A stretch of 37,259 bases of DNA, from positions 1 to 37,259 of the forward strand of contig PBTG01000069.1 in the NCBI GenBank assembly GCA_002726535.1, read 5' to 3'. This stretch comes from Myxococcales bacterium (GTDB lineage: Bacteria > Myxococcota_A > UBA9042). Positions 27,776-35,383 of the stretch are shown piece after piece. Every line of letters starts with the position of its first letter. The first letter of the stretch is position 1. A model generated the notes under the pieces. It was not told where the DNA came from. It searched no databases and saw only the letters and a program-made list of their open reading frames with translations. Position numbers and translations under genes: made by a program.

Positions 27776-29745
27776 TCTCCTCAACGCCGCTCACGACTCG
27801 GCTACGTCACCAACTGCAGAGCCGCACGCTCCGAGAGGCCGTGTCTCAAGGACGCCTGACGGTCGAGAGTTTGGCTCGGCTCGATGTGCTCGCTCGCCTC
27901 TATACCGACGCTTGGGCGCCGGATGTGGCCCCATGGTTGGCGGCGGCGATCCATTGCCCTCAACAAGGTCATGTCGGAGTTCGCATCAATACCGAACATT
28001 GGCGAGCGCTGGGCTCAGTGCAGCCGCAACGACTGGCTGAGTTGTCTTGCGTGACCGCGCTCAGCCAAGCAAACCAAGACGCGGCCGTTCAGACCCCATT
28101 TGTACTCTTTGACGACCCACAGAGTTATCCAGAGCCTTTGTTGATGACGCAGCGCCTATGGCGCACCCAAAAGGCTCTCGTCAATGCGCTGACAACACTG
28201 ATGAGTACGTCGCTCGAACCCATCGATCATCTCGAGACCAAGCTCGACGCCCTCTATGGCTCGGACTCTAGTGAGGCCAAAAGAGCTGCCGCCTTGGTCG
28301 CCAACAATCGCTTTGCGGTGATCAATGGTGGACCGGGCACCGGCAAGACCTGGGGCATCAAACGGATCTTGGCCCTGTTGCTCAGTGAAGCACATCGAAA
28401 CAATCAACACCTGGAGATTTGTCTGACTGCTCCCACCGGAAAAGCAGCGGTCAGACTCAAAGAAGCGATCGGCGAACAACTGATCTTGCTCAGAGATTGC
28501 GGCGTCGATGAAAGGGTGATTGATCAGCTGACATCGCTCGTTCCCTCGACCTTGCACAGAGCGCTCGGTAGCAATCCTGCACAACCCCAACGCTTTCGAC
28601 GTGGAGCCGATCTACCTCTTGGCGCCGATGTGGTGGTCGTCGATGAGGCCTCCATGGTTGATATCAATGTGATGCGACATCTATGCGAAGCGGTCGCCAT
28701 GGGACCGGGGCGATTGATCTTGCTGGGCGATCCCGATCAGCTTACGAGCGTAGGCGCAGGCTCAGTATTGAGCGACCTAGTCGCGGCTCATCAATCCGGC
28801 CAAAGCTCCTTAGAGCAGCAAATAGCGACGCTAAAGACCTCGCATCGATTCGCACAGGCCGCTTCGATCAACTGCGTCGCAACCTTGCTGCAGACTCACC
28901 AATCAGACGCGATCGCGTTGGCGTTTGATCTCTTTCGCGCTATCGCGAGCAAAGATCCTCGCTGGCGCTCGCAGTGCTTGGCAGATCCCCTAGAGGCAGA
29001 TGGACAGCCCAGACGCTTTGTCTGGCAAAAGACCACAACGTCTGCGCTGTCTTCGACCCAACTCGATGAACTCGCAACCGGATATCTAGCCCGGAGCCAA
29101 TCGCAATACCCACGCCGGGCTCCTGGCCCGATTTGGCAGATCCTCGAGGCAATTGATGCCGACGAAGACCTCTCGGATCCACATGTCCAACAAAGATGTC
29201 TGCAGTCGCTGCACAACTATCGGGTCCTGTGCGCCCACCGCAATGGACCGCGAGGCGTACAGGGGATAAACGAGGCTTTGTCGGCACGAGCACGAGCCCT
29301 TTTGGGGTCACGGGCCACGATGACGCCAAGCGGCCATTGGCTTGGCCAACCAATTATGATTACCCGCAATGCCGACGACCTCGGCCTACGAAATGGAGAC
29401 GTCGGTCTTATTTTACCCAACGCGCAAGGGAGTTTGTGCGCGCTCTTTGCTCGCAATGATGAGATCGAGCACATCTCACTGGCGGCCCTACCTGCTCATC
29501 AAAGCGCATTTGCAATGTCGATTCACAAGAGCCAAGGCTCTCAATTTGGCCATGTCGCTATCGTTTTACCGGCCAAAGTGGGCTCCGCGGTGTGTACACG
29601 TGAGCTGATCTATACCGCGCTAACCCGAGCGCAGCATGATGTGTCGTGGTACGGATCTGAAGCGGTGCTCAAAGATGCGTTGAGCAAAAGAGCCAGTCGC
29701 AACTCCGCGCTGGTGAGTTTGCTACGACTTCCAACAGCCACATGA
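27772..29745 (+). CDS. recD: Exodeoxyribonuclease V alpha subunit RecD
   Basis: ATGA overlap with recB, and GAGGAG at 27759-27764. SF1 helicase motifs are INGGPGTGKTW, LTAPTGKAA, VVVDEASMVD, LILLGDPDQLTSVGAG, MSIHKSQGSQF and YTALTRA. Confidence 0.95.
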   Translation: MISSTPLTTRLRHQLQSRTLREAVSQGRLTVESLARLDVLARLYTDAWAPDVAPWLAAAIHCPQQGHVGVRINTEHWRALGSVQPQRLAELSCVTALSQANQDAAVQTPFVLFDDPQSYPEPLLMTQRLWRTQKALVNALTTLMSTSLEPIDHLETKLDALYGSDSSEAKRAAALVANNRFAVINGGPGTGKTWGIKRILALLLSEAHRNNQHLEICLTAPTGKAAVRLKEAIGEQLILLRDCGVDERVIDQLTSLVPSTLHRALGSNPAQPQRFRRGADLPLGADVVVVDEASMVDINVMRHLCEAVAMGPGRLILLGDPDQLTSVGAGSVLSDLVAAHQSGQSSLEQQIATLKTSHRFAQAASINCVATLLQTHQSDAIALAFDLFRAIASKDPRWRSQCLADPLEADGQPRRFVWQKTTTSALSSTQLDELATGYLARSQSQYPRRAPGPIWQILEAIDADEDLSDPHVQQRCLQSLHNYRVLCAHRNGPRGVQGINEALSARARALLGSRATMTPSGHWLGQPIMITRNADDLGLRNGDVGLILPNAQGSLCALFARNDEIEHISLAALPAHQSAFAMSIHKSQGSQFGHVAIVLPAKVGSAVCTRELIYTALTRAQHDVSWYGSEAVLKDALSKRASRNSALVSLLRLPTAT

Positions 29746-29814
29746 CCGTCCATCCGATGAAACGAACATATTGAAATCAAACCTGTTATCTCACAAATGC
29801 GATGAGGAAAGTCA

Positions 29815-30726
29815 GTGAGTACCTCAGAGTCCAACTCCGATAACAGACCGGAATCAAAGCTCCGCAGCGGCCCATTACTGATGGCCGGCGCTGTAGCGGC
29901 CTTCACCTTGATGGTCGCCTGCGTCAAGATCGCTAGAGAGGAGCTCGATGCGATCGAGGTGATGTGGTGGCGTTCATTAATCGGGGTCCCTTTGGTGGCT
30001 CTGGTCGCGCGAGGCAGGTGGCGTCCCACGGAGCACAAACTGATCGGAATTCGAGCGCTCTTGGGCTTCGGTGCCATGGGCTGCTTTTTCACAGCGGCCA
30101 AAGGGTTGAACCTAGCCGATCTCTCACTGATTTCACGGCTTCAGCCGGTGCTCGTGGCCTTGGTTGCACCGCTGCTACTCGGCGCGGGAGAACGCTCCAC
30201 GACTCGAATTTGGATCGCGACAGCTGGCGGGTTGATTGGATGTGCTGTACTCCTTCAACCCTCTGTAGAGTTTGGGAACCATTGGGGTTTATGGGCTTTA
30301 GGTGCCGCTGTTTTTTCGGCGTTGGCTCACACCACAGTCCGAGCGTTAGGCGCCTCCGAACACCCGACGACCGTGGTGTTGTGGTTTCAACTATGGGTCG
30401 CGCTCATCTCTGTGGTCTGGCTGCTTGTGCGTGACGGAGCTCCACCAGCCATCCCCCCGAGCAGGCTGTGGTTAGTCCTCGCTGGTACGGGTGTTTTTGC
30501 TTCCATTGGTCAATGGTTGATGACCGAAGCTTACCGACGAGACAAAGCCGCTCGCGTCGCTGCGGCTAGCTACGTGGGGCCACTGTGGGCACTCATGCTC
30601 GACGTTGCGATTTTCACGGTTTGGCCGAAAACCCACGTCTGGTTCGGAGGAGCTTTGATTATCATCTCCGGCTTGCTGGTCGTGTGGGCTCCACGAGGTC
30701 CAAAGGAATCTCTCCGGGGTGAGTAG
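29815..30726 (+). CDS. DMT superfamily transporter (EamA-like, about 10 TM helices)
   Basis: GTG start with GAGGA at 29804-29808. The protein is hydrophobic throughout with a two-fold EamA-like organisation. Only family level is recognised. Confidence 0.8.
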   Translation: MSTSESNSDNRPESKLRSGPLLMAGAVAAFTLMVACVKIAREELDAIEVMWWRSLIGVPLVALVARGRWRPTEHKLIGIRALLGFGAMGCFFTAAKGLNLADLSLISRLQPVLVALVAPLLLGAGERSTTRIWIATAGGLIGCAVLLQPSVEFGNHWGLWALGAAVFSALAHTTVRALGASEHPTTVVLWFQLWVALISVVWLLVRDGAPPAIPPSRLWLVLAGTGVFASIGQWLMTEAYRRDKAARVAAASYVGPLWALMLDVAIFTVWPKTHVWFGGALIIISGLLVVWAPRGPKESLRGE

Positions 30727-30772
30727 ACCTCTGGGGCATCGTCGCAGATCCTCTGTAATGTAGATCCTGTGA

Positions 30773-30802
30773 TTGATAGCGTTATGATAAAAGACAGATA
30801 AT
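30773..30802 (+). promoter_or_regulatory. Sigma70-like promoter candidate upstream of the Tae4-like gene
   Basis: TTGATA (30773-30778), an 18-nt AT-rich spacer, then GATAAT (30797-30802). GGAGA and ATG 30822 follow. It lies in a 95-nt intergenic region that is visibly more AT-rich than its flanks. Confidence 0.4.
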
Positions 30803-30821
30803 CTCGCGTTGGAGAACTTCC

Positions 30822-31820
30822 ATGGTCGCACCATCACAAACTCCTGGGACTCGGCCCAACCGTCCCGCACATACACAAGATGGGCCACAGCAAGCGAATA
30901 ACGCTCAAAATCCGACTCCTCCAGGGGCACCGGGTGGTGGTTCACTCACGAATTCACTCTTTTCTGGCGACCACGTACTCGAGAGAGTCGCGCGCGGCGA
31001 GGCGCTTTTAAAGCACGGCGCGAAAGGCCCTGCAGTTCGAGCCATTCAGCAGTTTTTACTCAATCAAGGTTTTGATCTCGGCCGGCACGGCGCCGATGGC
31101 CACTGGGGTGGAAAAACCACTACAGCGGTCAAGGCGTGGCAGCGCGGCGCATCGCTGGGCGCCGATGGAAAAATCGGTAAAAACACCCTCGGTGCGATGG
31201 ACAGTGGCATCACAGTTACGCCGCCCCCAGCGAGACCGACGACGCCTCAGGCCAGCAGCGGCCCAGCGGATGGAGACAGCCAGATTCCCGCGGACTTCGA
31301 AGAGATGTGGGACGCACACCCGCACAACAACTCCAGCGGCACCGATCAAAACACCTCAAGTTCGGAAGTCAATGAGGATCAAGGCTGGGACCCCGACCGC
31401 TACGCCAACACCTGTGCAGTGCGTCTTTCGGTGATGTTCAATGAACTCGGTGGAAATTTTAAACTCACCCGCGACAAAGCCAAAGCCGCTGGCCTCGATC
31501 CACGGCGCTTGCCATACAGTAAGAAGACGGGCTGGTATTACATCTTGTCCGCCCGAGAGATGTGGACCTATGTCGAACATTGGGGCGGCTCGCCAGACGA
31601 GCAATGGCCGGCAAGTGGGCGCTACAAAGATAACAGCGCATACCGCAAAGATTTCGACGACAAAATCAAACCAGAAATTGAAGGCAAAAAGGGAATTGTC
31701 GCCTTCGATAAGATCTTTTCCTATTCAGGGACAGGCCATGTCGACATTTTCAATGGCATGAGCTTGTCGGCAGCCAGCAGTTGGTACGCCTGCAAAAAGC
31801 TCAAGGTCTGGTACGTCTAA
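30822..31820 (+). CDS. Peptidoglycan-binding domain (PG_binding_1) plus Tae4-like cell-wall amidase/endopeptidase; no signal peptide
   Basis: GGAGA at 30811-30815 sits 6 nt before the ATG. Residues 1-55 are P/Q/N/G/T-rich. Residues about 62-127 read GPAVRAIQQFLLNQGFDLGRHGADGHWGGKTTTAVKAWQ...ADGKIGKNTL (PG_binding_1). A P/T linker follows. The C-terminus has YANTCAVRLSVMFNELGG (Cys198, nt 31413-31415) and GKKGIVAFDK..SGTGHVDIFNG (His306, nt 31737-31739). These resemble the catalytic Cys and His regions of Tae4 as I recall them. Confidence 0.72.
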   Translation: MVAPSQTPGTRPNRPAHTQDGPQQANNAQNPTPPGAPGGGSLTNSLFSGDHVLERVARGEALLKHGAKGPAVRAIQQFLLNQGFDLGRHGADGHWGGKTTTAVKAWQRGASLGADGKIGKNTLGAMDSGITVTPPPARPTTPQASSGPADGDSQIPADFEEMWDAHPHNNSSGTDQNTSSSEVNEDQGWDPDRYANTCAVRLSVMFNELGGNFKLTRDKAKAAGLDPRRLPYSKKTGWYYILSAREMWTYVEHWGGSPDEQWPASGRYKDNSAYRKDFDDKIKPEIEGKKGIVAFDKIFSYSGTGHVDIFNGMSLSAASSWYACKKLKVWYV

Positions 31821-31841
31821 TCCCCAACCTCAGGCAGCCTC

Positions 31842-32762
31842 GTGTCCTCTGCGCAGCCCGTTCATCTGTGGCCTGCACGCCAACGCTCCAAATGGGGCTA
31901 TATCGATCAGAACGGAAATTTTTTCATCTCGCCCAGATGGCAGATGGCCGAGCGTTTCTGCGAACGCCGAGCCGCTGTGTTGACCGAGACGGGATGGGGT
32001 CACATCCATCCTGGCGGAGGCCTTGTCGGTAAAGCCTGCTACGAGGACGTGAGCCCTTTTTGTCAGGGCTTGGCCAACGTCAATCAAGGCCACGGTTGGG
32101 GAGTGGTCGATCCCATGGGGGCCTCGATCATCGACAATCGATTCGAAGGGCTCACCGCTGTTGACCAAGGATGGCTGATGGCTAGATCAGCAGGTCGCTG
32201 GGGTGTGCTCTGCGCACAGGGACAGTGGCTGGTCGAGGCGCAGTTTGACGACGCGTGGGCACCCAAAGATGGCTGGGCTCGAGTCGAAAAAAAGCAGTGG
32301 ATCGGATGGATCAACAGACGAGGAGACCGTCTCAAAACGCCTGAACTCGACCAAGCAGACGACTTCCACCAGGGCTTATGCGCCGCGCTCTGGGATGGTG
32401 CTTGGGGTTTTTTCGACGCCAAGGGACAAGTCGTAGTACCAGCCCAATTCGCCGGTGTGCGCCGATTCTCAGAAGACTTGGCCGGCGTTGAGATCGATGG
32501 GAAATGGGGATTTATCAATACCACGGGACAGATGAGTATCCCCGCTCAGTTTGACGGTGTGACAGAGTTTCAGGGCGGCGTCGCCGGCGCTCAAATCAAG
32601 ACCAAGTGGGGCTACATCAACGCCGCTGGTCGGTGGCTCATTGAGCCGCTATTTGATGAGGCGTTGGCCTTCGAAGGTCTGCTCGCACGGGTCCATATCA
32701 ACGCCCAAGACACTTGGATCAACCGACAAGGCGAGCTCGTCTACAGCGAGCCGCGCTCCTAA
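31842..32762 (+). CDS. WG-repeat (KWG-type) beta-repeat protein, about 9 repeats, no signal peptide
   Basis: GTG start 21 nt after the preceding stop. Repeated units are KWGYIDQNGNFFISPRW, GWGVVDPMGASIIDNRF, AWGFFDAKGQVVVPAQF, KWGFINTTGQMSIPAQF and KWGYINAAGRWLIEPLF. Confidence 0.8.
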   Translation: MSSAQPVHLWPARQRSKWGYIDQNGNFFISPRWQMAERFCERRAAVLTETGWGHIHPGGGLVGKACYEDVSPFCQGLANVNQGHGWGVVDPMGASIIDNRFEGLTAVDQGWLMARSAGRWGVLCAQGQWLVEAQFDDAWAPKDGWARVEKKQWIGWINRRGDRLKTPELDQADDFHQGLCAALWDGAWGFFDAKGQVVVPAQFAGVRRFSEDLAGVEIDGKWGFINTTGQMSIPAQFDGVTEFQGGVAGAQIKTKWGYINAAGRWLIEPLFDEALAFEGLLARVHINAQDTWINRQGELVYSEPRS

Positions 32763-32775
32763 CTCAAGCGGCTCG
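32747..32775. terminator. Perfect 8-bp inverted repeat spanning the two convergent stop codons (possible bidirectional terminator or attenuator hairpin)
   Basis: The arms are cgagccgc (32747-32754) and gcggctcg (32768-32775). The 13-nt loop contains TAA (32760-32762, plus-strand gene) and tca (32764-32766, minus-strand gene stop). There is no U-tract on either side. Confidence 0.3.
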
Positions 32776-34338
32776 GTCGGCTCCCAAAGGGGTTACATCA
32801 AGCTCATCAGGGCGCACGCTAGTGCCCAGTAAGAGCTGAAGATGTCCCCCCTCCATCCGCTCCATAGCTCCAAACTCAACGAGCAACATTAAGGGGTTGT
32901 GCATCGCCTCAGGGCAACGCCATCGCACCAAACGCAGCGAACGCACAGAGCGATTTCCGGGATAAGCGGTCGCCAAACCAAACGCGGCTGGCGCTGCGCT
33001 TTGCTTGAAAACCTGCTCGACCTCAGTGCCGGACTCATTCGTTCCACTGTGTGTTACCTGATGGACGAATTGAAGATCATTGGGCATCCAGTCGTCACCG
33101 CTGGGCGGCTCAAAGAGCCAGTTGTCTCCGCGGTCCAACATGTCCGCACGCGTGCCCAATTGAATGCCCTTTGGGGTGTAGTAGACACTGAGTTCGACCT
33201 GCCCGGCCTGGCGCCATACCAGCATCCAAAGCGATTGGTCACCCGGCATCGCAGAGAGTTGATCGATGCCAAAGAGGGCCGATTGCCAATGATCGTCTAT
33301 GGCTCGCATACGGAGTGCGCTACGAACCACAAAGTCCTGACCAAAAGTCGATGCATTCGCCGCTTTCAACATGTCCGTCCACGACTGCATATCATTGACT
33401 GAAATCATGTCTCCGACCTCAACCTGAAGCCAGAAGTGAGGATGATCAGGTTCGTGCTGACGGGGGCCGGAGGGAGGGCCAACGGCGACTCTTCCTCTAC
33501 GATGACGCGAGCCACTTTGACCCGAAAATTTTCGTTTGAGTCGCGTAAATACGACGACCATCGAAGCGATCATGATGATCAACACGGCCAAGGTGATGAG
33601 CTTCGATAGCCAGCCACTCGATGAACGCCGCCCATGTGATTGACTGGGGACGGCGCCCCAAAAGTACCCGCTTCGGGACATCATCAAGCGCTGCGTGGCG
33701 AAGTCTTTCATCGGTCCGTAGGCGATGACTTGCCCATCTTTTTCGATCACATAGCCGCCGGTTTTGGGACTCCACACCACTGGATATTGGCGTCCATCAA
33801 GGCTTGTGGTTTTGGGAATATAGTAAGGCCGTTTTGAGGGTTTATTGGCGAAGGTCACAGGAAATTTCGAAGAGTCCTGTGACCCTAAGAAATGCCTACT
33901 GGCGAGGGCGAAAGTGGCAAAATAGAGACCTCTTCGCATAGCACGCTGGTAGCTGCTGTACCGAGACAGTCCACTGCCAGTGTACGAGCGACCAAGGTGA
34001 CGACGTCCCCAACGATGCTGACGACGACTCAACGAGCGCACTCGCCGAGAGGTCCTGGCGCGACGCGCCCGACTCGATCTGCCCTTTGAGCGAGACTTGT
34101 ACGAACGCTTCGAACGTCTCGAAGCAGAGCCGCGAGAGCGGCGTGAGCGACTCCGAAAAGAACGGCTTGAGCCCCGCCATGACCGACTCGAAGAGCGAAA
34201 GCGTGAGCGCCGGAATCCACGTGCTTCGGCATCGGGCGAACTCCATTGCAGACAAGGTAGGGCCAACAAAGACATCAATACCAACAAAGCGAGCCAGGTC
34301 GGCGCTTGTCTGCGATATCGTTCGATGAGATTTGCCAT
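32764..34338 (-). CDS. Hypothetical membrane protein with N-terminal hydrophobic segment, extreme Arg/Ser-rich tract, one central TM helix and a 250-aa C-terminal globular domain
   Basis: 524-aa ORF whose ATG shares 1 nt with the stop of the upstream DUF350 gene (TGATG). Features are WLALLVLMSLLALPCLQW, then residues 40-136 (RS tract), a TM helix WLSKLITLAVLIIMIASMVVVF, and a C-terminal domain of unknown family. Confidence 0.75.
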   Translation of the reverse strand: MANLIERYRRQAPTWLALLVLMSLLALPCLQWSSPDAEARGFRRSRFRSSSRSWRGSSRSFRSRSRRSRGSASRRSKRSYKSRSKGRSSRARRARTSRRVRSLSRRQHRWGRRHLGRSYTGSGLSRYSSYQRAMRRGLYFATFALASRHFLGSQDSSKFPVTFANKPSKRPYYIPKTTSLDGRQYPVVWSPKTGGYVIEKDGQVIAYGPMKDFATQRLMMSRSGYFWGAVPSQSHGRRSSSGWLSKLITLAVLIIMIASMVVVFTRLKRKFSGQSGSRHRRGRVAVGPPSGPRQHEPDHPHFWLQVEVGDMISVNDMQSWTDMLKAANASTFGQDFVVRSALRMRAIDDHWQSALFGIDQLSAMPGDQSLWMLVWRQAGQVELSVYYTPKGIQLGTRADMLDRGDNWLFEPPSGDDWMPNDLQFVHQVTHSGTNESGTEVEQVFKQSAAPAAFGLATAYPGNRSVRSLRLVRWRCPEAMHNPLMLLVEFGAMERMEGGHLQLLLGTSVRPDELDVTPLGADRAA

Positions 34339-35327
34339 CAGTGGCCCCCACGTGTTGCAGCGGTGGCGCCCTGAGGCAACGCACTCGCGTCGAAGGGGTG
34401 GTCGACGAACTCAGACGAATCTGGCTCATTGTGAGTTTCAGTGATGTCAGCGACCGGCGTCGCTTCGTGCTGATGCACCGCAGCGTTGGTTAAGATGGCG
34501 GCGGCGACGAAAGCGATCGCTACGACAGCGCCAACACCAACATTGCGGTCCCGAACCAGCTCGTCTGTGATGGCCACTGATGGAAGGAAAACCCGACTCA
34601 AAATACCGGCCAGTCCCAACAACACGAAGAGTCCCATCGTGGCGATGGCTGCGGTGATGGCGAGTTCATTGAAGAGATCACTTCCCGCACCTTGAAGCGC
34701 CGCGCGAACGATGAGCCCCTCAGCCACTAAGAACCCCCCAAAAGCAAGCCCAATCGCGGCGTTGTCGTCGTGTTCGATACGCTCGTGAAGGTCAAAAGGA
34801 GTGACGAGGTCAAAGAGCCAACCTGCTGCCAGCAATAGCACCTGTCCGCATGCCCAATAGACGACGATGTCTCTCGCCATCAACCACAACCCGTCGCTCT
34901 GTCCGGTCAGGACACCTTGGAGCATCAATCCAGTGGCGACGGCGGCTCCTCCCACCACATAAGCGACGCCGACATTCTGATCACGGCAAATCTCTTGTTG
35001 GACCACGAAGCTTCGTAACATGACGCGGTCACAGAGCCACATCGACAGCGGCGTTAACAACAAAGCAGCGACAGCGCCGGTACTGATTCCGACCAAATCA
35101 TCGCTCCATTGGCCCGTTGGTCCAAAGAGCGCTCCAGCCAATGCAAAAACAATCGCCAAGATGTATCCGCCGTAAAGAACAGCAAAGGCGGGGTTGTCTA
35201 CCTCGGCGATTTCATGGCGTAGCCGATAAGGTGTCAGCCAACTAAAGAGCTGACGCGCGATGAGTAAAAAGATCGCTGCCAGTAACAAACGGACAAAGGC
35301 AAAAGCAATGAGGTCGACGCTAATCAT
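34338..35327 (-). CDS. Integral membrane protein with four tandem DUF350 (YjfL-like) repeats
   Basis: ATG 35327 is preferred; the track start at 35345 is TTG. A motif of acidic residue-x-N-x-[AG] followed by a Gly/Ala-rich helix recurs four times: EIAEVDNPAFAVLYGGYILAIVFALAGALFG, EICRDQNVGVAYVVGGAAVATGLMLQGVLTG, RIEHDDNAAIGLAFGGFLVAEGLIVRAALQG and ELVRDRNVGVGAVVAIAFVAAAILTN. Confidence 0.8.
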   Translation of the reverse strand: MISVDLIAFAFVRLLLAAIFLLIARQLFSWLTPYRLRHEIAEVDNPAFAVLYGGYILAIVFALAGALFGPTGQWSDDLVGISTGAVAALLLTPLSMWLCDRVMLRSFVVQQEICRDQNVGVAYVVGGAAVATGLMLQGVLTGQSDGLWLMARDIVVYWACGQVLLLAAGWLFDLVTPFDLHERIEHDDNAAIGLAFGGFLVAEGLIVRAALQGAGSDLFNELAITAAIATMGLFVLLGLAGILSRVFLPSVAITDELVRDRNVGVGAVVAIAFVAAAILTNAAVHQHEATPVADITETHNEPDSSEFVDHPFDASALPQGATAATRGGH

Positions 35328-35383
35328 GGCCTTACAATGACACAAACCAAGGCGATCGGGCGAGCCTTAGAGCAAGGTAGCGA

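Noticed and set aside
14340-29745. An M16 (ptrA-like) gene near recBCD, echoing the E. coli recC-ptrA-recB-recD arrangement.
   Set aside because: Here the M16 gene is separated from recC by two unrelated genes and intergenic gaps. It is a lipoprotein with a dead active site. The resemblance is most likely coincidental.
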